A stretch of 63,020 bases of DNA, filler included, from Folioceros fuciformis (GCA_049999805.1; 4 parts of 3 records of this genome joined end to end with filler, not necessarily neighbours in it); one strand, 5' to 3'. Shown: positions 24,715-42,759, numbered from the whole stretch's first letter. Notes: a model not told the origin generated them from the letters alone. A program made the numbers and translations.

Positions 24715-24814
24715 NNNNNNNNNNNNNNNNNNNNNNNNNNNNNNNNNNNNNNNNNNNNTTAATTAATTAANNNNNNNNNNNNNNNNNNNNNNNNNNNNNN
24801 NNNNNNNNNNNNNN
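24715..24814. other. Artificial scaffold-join linker (N44-TTAATTAATTAA-N44)
   Basis: 12-mer with stops in all six frames centred in a 100-base N gap; identical at three sites. Confidence 0.95.
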
Positions 24815-24855
24815 TGTGAAGTCAAATTCAAGAGTTGAAGAATTGTGAAGTCAAC

Positions 24856-24876
24856 TTTAGGGTTTAGGGTTTAGGG
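24856..24876 (+). repeat. Interstitial (TTTAGGG)3 within a duplicated ~45 bp motif region
   Basis: tttagggtttagggtttaggg; tgtgaagtcaaattcaagagttgaagaattgtgaagtcaactttag at 24815 and ~24992. Confidence 0.6.
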
Positions 24877-26571
24877 TTGAAGGTTGGAGGGCTGTGAGCC
24901 AAGGGGCTATTCGATGCCGAGACTTCACCTTTTTGCCTTAAGCCTGTAGGGGGAAGGGCTGTTGTGTAGCAAAATTCAGGGGCTGAAGAATTGTGAAGTC
25001 AAATTCAAGAGTTGAAGAATTGTGAAGTCAACTTTAGGAGTTGGGGTGTTGTGATGCATATTCCAGGGTGTTGAAGCTGGAGGTTGGGATTGTGGCTGGA
25101 GATTGGAGTTGAGACATGAATTTCTTTTTCAACTGCTGAGGTAGTTTGTGCTTAGAATAAAGCTATGGAATTAGACCTAACTGCTGTAGCTATTGTTAGG
25201 GATAGGTAAGAGCTGATAGGTAGGATCAAATTAGCACGTTAGGGTAGCTTAGTTGACTGCCTTGGCATGATATCACTCCCTTGGGAACGGGTCTCAAGAC
25301 TACAACGACAATAAGGGTTAATGTGAACCTTTTGGTAATTCTTGGGTTGAAAGAGTCACTCCATATTTTGGTACTACGCATCTTTTTGTGAACTTCCTTG
25401 CATTGTCTTTTAGATAATGTTTTAATTTTGTCTAGAAAATGCTTCTAACGCATGCCATGAATTGCCAAAGAGTGGCTCAAACTTCTGTATTCAAAAAATT
25501 GCTGGCAACATGAAAGAGCTCGAATCAAATGTCATGGAGTATCTAAGTTTGCATGAGATGTTTGATTTTTAATGTTTCTACTCAATTGTCAATGAGATTT
25601 TATCATGCTTTGTGTTATCTTCATCTGCACTAATGTTTAAGGGGAGCGTAGTGTTGAATGTTTGCTGTCAATGAGATTTCATCTTGCTTTGTCTTTTGTG
25701 TTGTCTTGGTCTATGCTAATATTTAAGGAGAGCATGGTGTTCAATGTTAGCTAAGGTCTTCAAGGCATTCTCCTTTGCACTTGTCCAGATAACTATTTTG
25801 TCATGTGGCAAGGGAAACTTGTCTAAGTATCATTCTGATGAAGACAGACCTTAGGCCAAACTATGCAACACTAAAGCAATAACCTTTTCATATGGTATTG
25901 GTGTTCATGTTGATGTGTGTACTAAGAAGGGTTGCAAGTAATAAACAAGAACCATAAAATAAAAGTTGGGTAGGACATTAAATATTCTCTTCGCCAATGG
26001 TCATCTCTTCTCTTCGAGCCCTCTAGGTACAAAGTTTTCATGTGCAGCTCTTTCTAAAGACCTATTGTGGATGGTGTCTTCCACTAAATACGAAGAGTAG
26101 ACATTTCCAATGTCTTCATCAATGCACCACTTGAACAGCATATGCATGACACTATCAAGAGATTCTCAAACGCCTTATCCTTTAGATCCCCAAGATCCTC
26201 CATGATCTTGGAGATATAAAGGACAAGGCGCTTGAGAATATAGCACAGATCAAAGCATAAAATAAATGATGGGATCCAAATATTTAAAAACTTAACTAAA
26301 AATATAATAGAAAAGAAAAGCACTCAAATACACACAAACCATACTCTAAAGCACGAAAGTGCACAGTGAGAAGAAATGTATAATGAGACCCATTGGTCTT
26401 TATATGGAGGGTGACGAGAGAAAAAGGCCCAATAACCATGAAATGTAATGTAATGGTTAAGCTTAACTAAGTCCTAAAGTCAACATGAAACAATGTAATG
26501 GTTAAGCTTATCTAAGTCCTAAAGCTAACATGAAACATAGCCTTCGCACATACATATAACAAGTTACATAC

Positions 26572-26664
26572 CAATAATGGTCCCCCGCATGCTCCACTAA
26601 TAATGGTCCCCCAATAATGGTCCCCTGCATGCTCCACTAATAATGGTCCCCCGCATGCTCCACT
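26572..26664. repeat. Short tandem repeat (taatggtccccc/gcatgctccactaa units)
   Basis: Motif repeated 3-4 times. Confidence 0.7.
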
Positions 26665-27628
26665 GTACATAGAACTTTTATGGAGAGGCGCAACTCAATG
26701 TGAGTAGGCCTTCAAGGTGTTGGTTCGGTAAGACTTTATACCTTGCTTGTGAGGATGTGATTGTATTGTTGAGCTCATGCTCCTCATGTCTAGGTTCGAT
26801 TACTGGGTGTTCTTATAAGCTTCCACACTCAGCGTGACATAGAGTTGGGTAGCCTTGGTAGGTAAGCTATTATATCAGCTAGCTTAGGGTTTGAATTTGA
26901 GATGGCTAAAGGGTTGAATGTGCATGTGGCTTAGGACTTGAAGTTTTGGCTAGAAAATTAGGAACCTATTCCGTAATTCATGGCAAACCATCAAGAGAGT
27001 GATTTCATTGAGTTAGTGCAATTGTTGAAAATATGTTAGTAGGACATGTATTAACTCCGCAATTGTTGTGGTAGGACAAGGCTTTTAGTGACTTTCAGAT
27101 CTTGCAAGCAATGTCATAAGAGTGTTTGTGGAGGATGGTAGAGGCTATGAAATGAGTCTATGAGTGATAGTTATCGTTAAAAATACCATTGTGGACCTCA
27201 TTTTTTTATCACTAGACACAAAAATGGAGCTTTCTAGACATTTGGATATTCCTCGATATATCTTGTTAGGACAATTTAATTTTCAAAATTCAACTCGACA
27301 ATTTTTTAATCATGTAGTCATCTTATGCAAAGGCCTAGATGTGAGGGATGTACAACAAAGGTGCGGTTTGTTTCCCTAAGGGTTAATTGTACAGCTCAAT
27401 TAATTCCCTGGAATTAATTGAGCTGTAGAGAATATACTAGGATATGGTACAAGAAACTTAATAATGAAATCAATGCATAGTATGAAGTTGATCTATTCTT
27501 TTGCAAAAAAATAGTTCATATAATTCTATTGGGCTATTTGAATGCTATCGTCACCATCCACTACAAAAACATAGCCTCTACCTTGAGACATTTATTGCCC
27601 AAGGTAGTGATATTAGGAGGATCTAGAG

Positions 27629-27840
27629 CCAAGCTCAACATTCGAATTTAGCGGCAAGGTAGATGTCAGGACGATTTAGAGCATGCTCGACACCAGGATT
27701 AAGAGGCAAGCTCGACATCATGATTCAAAGGCAAGCTCGACATCAAGATTCGAAGGCAAGCCCGACATCAAGATTCGAAGGCAAGCCCGACTTCAAGATT
27801 CGAAGGCAAGCTCGTCATCAAGATTCAAAGGCAAGCCTGA
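27629..27840. repeat. 25 bp minisatellite, ~8 copies, more degenerate on the left
   Basis: gcaagc(t/c)cgacatcaagattc(g/a)aag at 27706, 27731, 27756, 27781 and 27806, plus degenerate copies. Confidence 0.85.
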
Positions 27841-28235
27841 CTGGACATCAGAAGAATTCATGTGCCGTCGAATGTGCAGATTGCTCTTACTTTTTTTTTC
27901 CTTCTCTATCCTCTTCAGCACTATAATTAAAAAGAAAGGAAAATAAACTTTAAAGTCTTTTTCTTACTGTTGATCTCGTTCTACCAGCCCTACGACAGAA
28001 TGGCGTCCACTGTATCGGACTGTTTCAACTTTGTAAGTTGCCAGCTTCTCGAAGTCTCGAACATACGCACTTCAGATTATGGATAATCGATGGGCCGAAT
28101 TGGAAAAGAACTGTTGTATGCAGGTATGTAGAGTGTATTGCTTCAACTCAGATATGTCGCGAGTATTGCTTCAACTCAGAGATTTGATAAACCGACCCGT
28201 TGTTCCAGGCTCACACCTTAAGAAGTCCGATATCG

Positions 28236-34092
<5,857 letters not shown>

Positions 34093-34314
34093 TCTATGCG
34101 CCCAGCGCCTGCCCCTTCCTGCTCAGCTTGAGCTCGGCTTTACACTATCACGCCTTTCAACGACCCGATCAATGGATGAACATCCTACTGTATGAACAAC
34201 AATTTTGTTTTGTTTTCTTTTTACTTATTCATTTAACAGCGAAGAGGGGAAACAGAGCAAAGGAGGCAGGCGATGTGATGAGCATCCACGAGACTCCGCA
34301 AGGGACTATGGAAT

Positions 34315-37245
34315 ATGGACTATGGACGCTATCCAGCCGGCGCACTGGAGCTGAGTGTCGGATTTTCTGCCATTCACTGTTGCCTGGTGCGCTGCGTTTC
34401 GGTCACACAGAGGGCGACAAGGACTCTTGTAGCAACAGCTTTTGTGGACCATCCCACAATTGGCCACTTGAGGGGATGCAACCTTGGGACGACTTCAGCT
34501 GGTCCAAAGGAGTGTGTGGCTGGTGGGGTCAGGCGCCAAGAGCTCTTGGAAAGACAGTTTTTCGTCAGACTGAAGGAATTCTGTACACCAGTCGGGGTCG
34601 ATGCGCAGCTAGCTGTTGTGGATACGCAGATGACTGTTGGTGCTCATGGCTCGAACGGGAGTATGCTGGCTGACCGTAGTCCTCGCAGGCCTGCAGGATA
34701 TGGAAGGAACGTATCTGGCGAAACCGTGAGCGAACTATGTCAGCAGGAACAGGTGGATCAGGCCGTTGAAGCTCTGGGAGTTCTGGTGCAGATGGACAGT
34801 CGTTTTTCCAAAACTTTGTTTTACACTCTGCTCAAGAAATGTAGGGCACAGTGCCATCTGGTTCTGGGTCGTCGTGTCCATGCTCTAACTTTGAGAGTGG
34901 GGTATGAGTCCAATGTGTTCTTGTGCAACCACATCATTCGAATGTATGTTTCTCATGCCAGGTTGCAAGAAGCGATGGATGTGTTCACCAGGGTTGTCGA
35001 ACCAGATGTCTTCATGTGGTCTTCCATAATCTCTGCACATGTTAGCCACGGACAAGCTAGGCAGGCCATACAACTGTATCATCTGATGCGTAGATCAGGT
35101 GTGAAGCCGGATGGCCATGTCTTCGTGGCAGCCCTGCAGGCTTGTGCAAGAGGAGGAGACTTGAAAACTGGGCAGCGGGTGCATGCTGATGTCTTGTCCA
35201 GTGGCACGGAGCCTCATTTGTTTGTATGGAATTGCTTGGTTGACATGTACGCACGGTGTGGTAGCATGCACGAAGCTGAAACAGTGTTTTACAGTCTTGG
35301 TCAAAAGGATGTGGTGACATGGAACGCTCTGATATCAGGGTATTCTCAGCAGGGCATGGGGCAGCAAGCACTTTGCTTGTATGATGCTATGCAAGGGGAG
35401 GGCCTGGTTTCACCTGATTCTGTGACGTTTTTGTGCCTACTGCAGGCTTGTGCCAATGTAGGAGCCCCTGCTTTAGAGAAGGGCAAGCAGGTTCATGGAC
35501 AGATTAGAGAACGAGGACATGAAGCAAATGTGTTTATAGCCAACAGTCTGGTGAACATGTACTCAAAATGTGGCAGTATGGAAGACGCACAGAGGGTGTT
35601 TGATGGACTCACCCAAAAGGATGTTGTGACGTGGACATCTTTGATAGGGGGATATTCTCAAAAGGGCCTGGGTCAAGAAGCTCTTTGTCTTTACAGTGCT
35701 ATGGGAAAAGAAGGCATTGCCGTACCCGATTCTGTGACATTTATCTCTCTCTTGCAGGCATGTGCAAGTGTGGGCACTGCGGCTTTGGAAAGGGGTAAAC
35801 AGTTGCATGCACATATTAGGGAAGAAGGACTTGGGATGGATGTTGTTTTAGGCTGCAGCTTAGTGAACATGTATGCAAAGTGTGGCAGCTTGGAAGACGC
35901 TCAAAGAGTGTTTGACGGGCTGGGTCAAAAGAACCTGGTGACATGGAATGCCATGATTGCAGGGTATGCGAAGTGCGGCAGCTTGGACGAAGCCCAAAGA
36001 ATGTTCGACAAGCTTGCTCAGAAAGATGTGATGACTTGGAATTCCATGATTGCGGGATACTCTCAGCAGGGTCTTGGCCAGGAGGCCCTTCATCTTTACA
36101 CGGTTATGCAAGACGAAGGTATTGTTGCACCTGATTCTGTAACATTTCTGTGTGCCCTGCAGGCATGTGCAAGTGCAGGCACCCCGGCTCTAGAGAAGGG
36201 AAAGGAGCTTCATGCACAAATCAGGGAACGAGGGCTTCACGCTGACCTGTTTGTGGCCAGCAGTTTGGTAAACATGTATGCCAAGTGTGGCAGCCTAGAG
36301 GATGCCGAGGGTTTGTTTTACGGACTTGGTCAGAAGAACGTGGTGACGTGGAGTGCTATGATAGCAGGATATTCCCAACAGGGCATGGGCCATGAAGCCC
36401 TTCATTTGTACAAGGTTATGCAAGAAGAAGGCATTTCTGCACCGGATGCCGCAACATTTGTGAGCCTTCTACAGGCATGTGGGGATGTTGCAGCTTTGCA
36501 TCTCGGAAGGCAGCTTCATGCGGAGCTAGAAGAACAGGGACTCCAAACCAATGTGCTTGTAGCCATCAGTTTGATCAGCATGTATGGAAAGTCCGGGAGC
36601 ATGGTGGACGCACAGAAGGTGTTCGATGCATTGCCCGAACGAGACGCTGTTGCCTGGAATGCACTGATTACTGGCTACACGCGGCAAGGAGACAGTGAAG
36701 TAGTCTTCAACTCGTTCAGCAGAATGCAAGAGGATGGCATACAACCAACCGGCGTCACATTCCTTGGCTTGCTTACAGCTTGCAGCCATGCAGGTCTGGT
36801 GAAGAGGGGTCAAGAATACTTCGACGCTATGTGCGAGCAGTACGGCATCCCTCCCACGGTGGAGCACTATGCATGCATGGTGGATCTCCTGGGCCGTGCT
36901 GGCCGACTGCACGAGGCACTAGTTGTGGTAAGGACTATGCCTCTGTTGCCAACTGCTGCAGTCTGGCACACTCTATTGGGAGCTTGTCAGAAGTGGGGCA
37001 ACGTAGAGGTGGGACGTCAGGCTTTCCATGGAGCCGTGAAATTGGACGAAAAGCACGCCGCAGCATATGTGACCATGTCTAACATATACACTAACGCCCG
37101 TATGTGGCAGGAGGCAGAGCAGATGCAGACACAGAGAGTAGGAACAGGGGCATGGAAGCATCCGGGCCAGAGCTGGTGGACAGACATGGACGGATTGGTG
37201 CACAGCTTTGCAGTTGGCATGGCTCTTCATGAATTAGGAGCCTAA
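34315..37245 (+). CDS. PLS-class PPR protein (~21 P/L/LL/S/SS motifs + E1/E2 + truncated WW-type DYW start); probable organellar RNA-editing factor; true start may be a later ATG
   Basis: Repeated MYAKCGS.EDA..VFD/WNA.I.GY/TF..LLQAC triplets; ACSHAGLV..G, EHYACMVDLLGRAG, W.TLLGAC, YVTMSNIY; ends PGQSWWTDMDGLVHSFAVG without an HxE deaminase motif. Confidence 0.95.
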   Translation: MDYGRYPAGALELSVGFSAIHCCLVRCVSVTQRATRTLVATAFVDHPTIGHLRGCNLGTTSAGPKECVAGGVRRQELLERQFFVRLKEFCTPVGVDAQLAVVDTQMTVGAHGSNGSMLADRSPRRPAGYGRNVSGETVSELCQQEQVDQAVEALGVLVQMDSRFSKTLFYTLLKKCRAQCHLVLGRRVHALTLRVGYESNVFLCNHIIRMYVSHARLQEAMDVFTRVVEPDVFMWSSIISAHVSHGQARQAIQLYHLMRRSGVKPDGHVFVAALQACARGGDLKTGQRVHADVLSSGTEPHLFVWNCLVDMYARCGSMHEAETVFYSLGQKDVVTWNALISGYSQQGMGQQALCLYDAMQGEGLVSPDSVTFLCLLQACANVGAPALEKGKQVHGQIRERGHEANVFIANSLVNMYSKCGSMEDAQRVFDGLTQKDVVTWTSLIGGYSQKGLGQEALCLYSAMGKEGIAVPDSVTFISLLQACASVGTAALERGKQLHAHIREEGLGMDVVLGCSLVNMYAKCGSLEDAQRVFDGLGQKNLVTWNAMIAGYAKCGSLDEAQRMFDKLAQKDVMTWNSMIAGYSQQGLGQEALHLYTVMQDEGIVAPDSVTFLCALQACASAGTPALEKGKELHAQIRERGLHADLFVASSLVNMYAKCGSLEDAEGLFYGLGQKNVVTWSAMIAGYSQQGMGHEALHLYKVMQEEGISAPDAATFVSLLQACGDVAALHLGRQLHAELEEQGLQTNVLVAISLISMYGKSGSMVDAQKVFDALPERDAVAWNALITGYTRQGDSEVVFNSFSRMQEDGIQPTGVTFLGLLTACSHAGLVKRGQEYFDAMCEQYGIPPTVEHYACMVDLLGRAGRLHEALVVVRTMPLLPTAAVWHTLLGACQKWGNVEVGRQAFHGAVKLDEKHAAAYVTMSNIYTNARMWQEAEQMQTQRVGTGAWKHPGQSWWTDMDGLVHSFAVGMALHELGA

Positions 37246-37476
37246 CTTGGATGTCAACCTAGGTTATCGTATGTTCACATGTGTTTGCGATGGTCCTAGT
37301 CTAGTGGTTAGAACATTGGACTGTCGTACTCGGTTGTCTGTGGTCGATCGTCGGTGGGATTTTACGCTTGCCTTGAGAAATAGTTGTTTTATTTTGCCTG
37401 TTGGAACGCCTCACCATACCGAACATGTAGGGTGCTCCAGGTATTACGAAGACAAGCCCTTCGCATCGTGGCAGCG

Positions 37477-38214
37477 ATGGCGTCCACGCTCTCGCAAGCT
37501 TTTGCAGCGCCGGGAGTGACAGCGTTGTGGCCAGTAGGCACCGCGTCCCAAGACATTGACGCGGTATGCAGGGTGGCGCTTGCGCCGCCGGGTCTGGTCG
37601 GCAAGCGGCTGACGCCGCTCGCCTCGAACTTGAGGTTCCCGTCCACCAGGGCCGGCCATGGAGGAAGGGCGGCGTCAGGAATTCGTGCTTTGGCTGCGGG
37701 ATTCCAACAGGATGGCGCCGCTCCGTCCAATCCGTCAAAGTGCAAGGAGCAGACGCGAGTAGCCCTGGTCTTTGTTGCGGTTAGAGCTGTGGTGCAAAGG
37801 GCTGCGGAGGTTTTGAGGCAATTTTTGCTGACCACGCAGCTGCCCAGGCCCAGGAACGCGGAGGACGCGGCTGTCGTGGCCTCGCTCAAGGGGAGCTTGT
37901 TGCTGGCAGCGGGGCCTCTATTCTTCGCGTCTCAGTCTGTGAGCACGCCCGTCACCGTGGTTGCTTCCGGGATGGCCAAGTGGCTCGAGCTCTACAGCGG
38001 GGTGCTTATGATCAGGGTTTTGCTCAGTTGGTTCCCTAACATTCCCTGGGAGCGGCAGCCGTTGCAGGCCATGAGGGACATGTGCGATCCTTACTTGAAT
38101 CTCTTCAGGAACATCATCCCGCCCGTTTTCAATGCGCTGGATTTGTCTCCGATGCTGGCCTTCTTAGTCCTGGGCACGCTGACATCCATCTTGAACACTA
38201 CTGTGCAAGGCTGA
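37477..38214 (+). CDS. YLMG: YlmG/YGGT family plastid membrane protein (YLMG1-like), intronless, 245 aa
   Basis: Transit-like N-terminus; C-terminal WLELYSGVLMIRVLLSWFPNIPWERQPLQAMRDMCDPYLNLFRNIIPPVFNALDLSPMLAF. Confidence 0.93.
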   Translation: MASTLSQAFAAPGVTALWPVGTASQDIDAVCRVALAPPGLVGKRLTPLASNLRFPSTRAGHGGRAASGIRALAAGFQQDGAAPSNPSKCKEQTRVALVFVAVRAVVQRAAEVLRQFLLTTQLPRPRNAEDAAVVASLKGSLLLAAGPLFFASQSVSTPVTVVASGMAKWLELYSGVLMIRVLLSWFPNIPWERQPLQAMRDMCDPYLNLFRNIIPPVFNALDLSPMLAFLVLGTLTSILNTTVQG

Positions 38215-39923
38215 TCTCTCTACACCTCGAATACCGTCCTTGCTAGACGACGCGCCCGTCGAATATGTCTGTCGCTGTCTTTGCAGGCAGTAGACCAGCA
38301 GGCAGGTTTCTCCCCGATGGCTTTGTAATCTCTAGTTTGTTCTCCTTTTTTTTTGGGTGTCGAGAGGCCTGACGATGATGAGTCCCTAGTGTATCAGCTT
38401 CCTAACATGGCGTGCATCTCTTGCGAAGTATGCCTCTGGAGATGACGTTTTGGTTAATTGGTTCCCTGCACATGTTGGTTTCATACCAGCTTGTGAGCTG
38501 GAGCATATAGTTTGCCAAAATTTTGACATAATTTGAATTTTCACCCACCGGTGCCTCTAAGACCTCATGGGAGATACCTCGGTCATGGATTTGGCGATTC
38601 TTTACATGTTGTTCCTGTTGTCGTCATCTAGAGATGTCTTTTAGCTATCTAGCCTTTTCCAATTTCTCCAGCAAGTTAGGATTGCAGGTAGACGCAAAAC
38701 TTAGGAGTGGGGTCGGCGTGTCCACACCCACTCCCTTCATGCGACTGATTTTTTGTTCTAAGGAGATGCAAGCGTGTGTGAAGCCTGACCGCAAGATAGG
38801 ATCGTTTTCAACCGGGACAGAGTCCTCCAACCGAGACAGGGAGGACTAAGTTGCCAGCGGAAAGACGGCTGAATTGAAGAAATATTCTTCAAAGAATACA
38901 GTCGTTTTAATCTATTTATTTTCGAAATAATATTTTAGTTTAAATGTAATGAAAGTATATCTTCGAAGTCTATGGCAACCATTGAAATGCAATGAAGGAG
39001 TGATTTGAATAAACAGCACCCATGTTTTGACTCATGTTCTTAAATTGTAGGTGTGTCTTGCTCAAGAGTATGGAATATCAATACGGATACCACTGAATAT
39101 ATATGGTCCCATATTTTGAACCTAATGGGCATGACTGCATCAGTAGTGGGTAGCTATGAGGGCGTCCCAATCTGGCCATCTAGCCATCACGTGACATACA
39201 AGACTTTTTTTTTTTTTTCTCACCAGCTATACAACATCGTGGGATGGAATTGTGTAGAAGCTAAGGATGACCATCAAAGAAGGTGAAGCAAAAATGGAGG
39301 TTGCCGATGAGGCTAGACAAGCGAAGGGTTAGGACGGGGACGGCAATGGCCGCCCATTTTGACTACTTGTGTATTATGTGTGTGCTAGAGAAAACGGTTT
39401 ATTAGCATGAAGGTTGTGATTGAGTTGTGGGCAATTGTTTCCCTGCACCAGAACTTATGGTCATGTGAGCTTGAAAATGAATGAATTGTGTGTACCTTTG
39501 GTTCATCTAATCACATTCAAATCCCACACAAAATGGGGTTCAAATGATCAAATCCAAAGAGTATGTGGGAGCTAGTTGTTGTGCAGGCTAGGTACCCCAT
39601 AATACCCAAGAGGGGTGCAGTAATTGTACGACAACATTGCAAGTGCAAAAGGTGGGGATTGAAGATATGCAAAATCTATGGGATGTGGCCATGCTTTAGA
39701 TTAGCAATGACATTGCAGTAAAGTTCGAGGCATGCAGCATGGAATGTGAGCTGAGAATCGAAGCAACTTCATGGGCTTCTTGTATACTTTAGAGGGAAGC
39801 TAGCATGGTCGTTTGTGCAGTATGGTGTGGGTTGGAGCCATTGCAACACCCATGTCCCTATCCATCTTGATCTCAAAAGAAGGAAACAGAGGAGCTTGAT
39901 GGTGGGTAGACTGAACGACCGTT

Positions 39924-40250
39924 TTGGTAGATTCCCTTTATTTGGAGGAACCCGTGGAACCCCAAGGAGCACCGAATCAAGCACATGTGTGATGTAAGCC
40001 AATACAACCTCTGTCATTGTCGCAAGCAACCTTGGTAGATTCCCTTCATTTGGAGGAACCCGTGGAACCCTAAGGAGCACCGAACCAAGCACATGTGTGA
40101 TGTAAGCCAATACAACCTCTGTCATTGTCGCAAGCAACCTTGGTAGATTCCCTTCATTTGGAGGAACCCGTGGAACCCCAAGGAGCACCGAACCAAGCAC
40201 ATGTGTGATGTAAGCCAATACAACCTCTGTCATTGTCGCAAGCAACCTTG
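39924..40250. repeat. 108 bp tandem repeat x3
   Basis: ttggtagattccctt(t/c)atttggaggaacccgtggaaccc...gtcattgtcgcaagcaacc at 39924, 40032 and 40140. Confidence 0.9.
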
Positions 40251-42367
40251 TGTACCCGTTCCTGGACTATGGCCCCAAGTATGAGACTGAAGAGAACACG
40301 TCCTTCTTGCAAGCTACGTGTATGCCCTTGCTTCGACTATAACTCTAAATCTTTAGAGAAGGGTGAGCAATTGCAGACCAAGACCTGAAGGCCTCTTATG
40401 CCTCGTTCCTTCAATGCACTTGTGGTGTTACTGTGCAAGGTAGATACAAAGGATCGTCGGGCGCACCCTCACGCTAAACTATCCATCCTAGCATGGATGG
40501 AAAGAATACCTAGGCACGCTGAGCTATAGGGCGAAGTGTTGAAGAATGGCAATATGAAGTCCAAGGCATGATGGGGGTAGAAAAAATACACCACAAAAAG
40601 CTTGTGCATGGAGAAGAAAGAAAGGTATGGACTAGAAAAGATTGTGAACGGAGAAAAACAAAGTTCTAGACCAAAAAAGATTCTTCTTTATCTATCCATG
40701 GAAGTGACAATGACAGTCTATGGCAGCAGCTCGTAATGTGATGGGGAGCCCTGAAATCTGTATGTATGTGGAAGATGTCATAAATTGGTATATATGGAGG
40801 ATGCCATAGAATATTTAAGTAAAAAATAAAAAAAAACCTAATGGAGGGCCATGTCCGTATTGGTATTCCAGACAAGAGTAGACATTTAGCGTACTATTAT
40901 TCGCTTTTCCATCTTTTGCATACAAAATCTTGCATGTGAAAGGATTGTGAAGCACTTGTCACTTGTGTTGCGTGGGGCCCCAGGCTGCCCTTATCAGGCG
41001 TCCAACCATCTATCCAGCTCTGATTTTCTGGAGGAGTATGGCTTCCAGCCCGTGGAAGGCAGAGGCCGATAAACCGGACCTTGAAATGCAAGAGTGCGAG
41101 GCACCGAAACAACGAGCGAGGACTCCCACACGAACGTCTCCTCTAAGATGCTCCTTCCCATTTCCGAGCACCCGCTTTTAGGCCCATTTCACAAGCCTGG
41201 CATAAATCCTGATATGACTCATGTGATTGAAGGGTTGATTCGTACCCAGTTCACAAGGACTAAATAACCCACACCCTAGCTCTTATGTGGATGCCACGGC
41301 AGGGTGTTTTTTAGTATAAGAAAACATCGGCCGACTTGGCCGGTGTTTTCTGACATTTATTACGTACCTTGCATCGACCAATGGCATAGCAAGTCAATTC
41401 TCATTTTTACGAGTCTTTTACTGTGATGTTATCCAACTTGTTTGAAAGGCCGCTTACAAAACATGCCCGAACACCCCCAAGGTGAGTGAAGACCACTCTC
41501 AAGACACTATACAGGAAAAGAGTGCCCACTGTAGAGCGGCGTTCTCGACTTCGTTTGTCGTGTGTAGGTTCTGCCCATCATCGCCACGCGCTTGCAGCCT
41601 TGATATGAGGTAATTAAGGTATTCAGTGGCAATCAAGTTTTTGGATGGCATAATAGGCTCTCTAAAGTTTCAGGCCGACATCAGCTTCATGTTTAGGGTT
41701 TTGCCATTGTCGCCACGACAAGGTGTCCTTGACATGAGGTAATTACGAGGTATTGAGTGGCAATCAAGTTTCTGGATGACATAATGGGCTCTCTAAAGTT
41801 TTTGGTTGACATGATGAGAGGCTATCCAGCTCAGCAGGTTTTGCTTGGCAGGTTTGAGCTTAGTAGGGTTGTGCGAGGATGAATGACCTAAGGCAATTAC
41901 GAGGTCCTGAGTGGCAATCAACTTTCTAGATGAACTCCTCTACTCTCGAAAGTTTTTGCTTGACATAACGAGCTCTCTAACTCAACAAGTTTGGAAAGTT
42001 TCCAAGTTTTTAGGTTTGGCCATGGATGGGCAACAAGGTCATAGTGGTGAGTCTTCACTACAAAGACGGCCTTCCCAAACTTTTGAAAGTTATCTATTTG
42101 GCTTACGAGGGGAGTCGACAGTTCAAAGCTACAACTTTGAACAATCCTCTTAGATGTGGAGCAAATTTTCAAGTCAACAAATATCAGAAGGATGCTCCCT
42201 TCCATTGCAGCAAGCATTCTCAATACCTCTACTTGGAAGTGTCATGCCAGGCTCTGGTTTCAAACAGCCTGCGTTAAGCATTGACCTAGAAAAGTGGTCA
42301 CGAGGTTCCAATTTCACTGGACACTAGCACAAGGTTAAAGAAGCGTACGGGGAAAAGCAAAAAACAC

Positions 42368-42705
42368 TTGGAACCAAAAGGGGAGGATCAAGTTCGAAGA
42401 ACAAGTGGTGGAAGGGGTCCACAATGGACTGAACACCATACCATCCACTTGATTCACCTTAGGGGTTCTATGAAGGAGGATTTCAAGAGAGCACCCAAGC
42501 AAGGTATCGACGTGTGGAACAAGCTCTACACGAGATTGTGTGCAGCCTGCTTGGATTTTGACAAGGATTCTGAGGCATGCTATCAGAAGCACAAAGAGCC
42601 TCATGAAGGATTACAGGAAGGACAAAGCAGAGAACGAGACAAGTGGGCATGGAAGGTCTGATAAATGTAAGTTTTTTGACCTCATGGATGAATACCATGG
42701 TAAAC
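42368..42705 (+). pseudogene. Myb/SANT-like (trihelix) DNA-binding domain remnant, possibly the accessory ORF of a PIF/Harbinger element
   Basis: WTEHHTIHLIHLR...F...W.KL...L...C.QK, then a frameshift into LMKDY...ENETSG...CKFFDLMDE. Confidence 0.6.
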
Positions 42706-42759
42706 GTATGTGGAGTGAAATCTTGTGTCCAAAGACATCATGAGGTCCACATTCACCCT

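Noticed and set aside
24856..24876. True telomere
   Set aside because: Only three repeats, embedded in TE-like sequence
27629..27840. 25 bp repeats as CRISPR or a coding repeat
   Set aside because: Head-to-tail with no spacers; unit length is not a multiple of 3
39769..40245. 158 aa repeat protein
   Set aside because: ORF is a by-product of the 108 bp tandem repeat; no domain support
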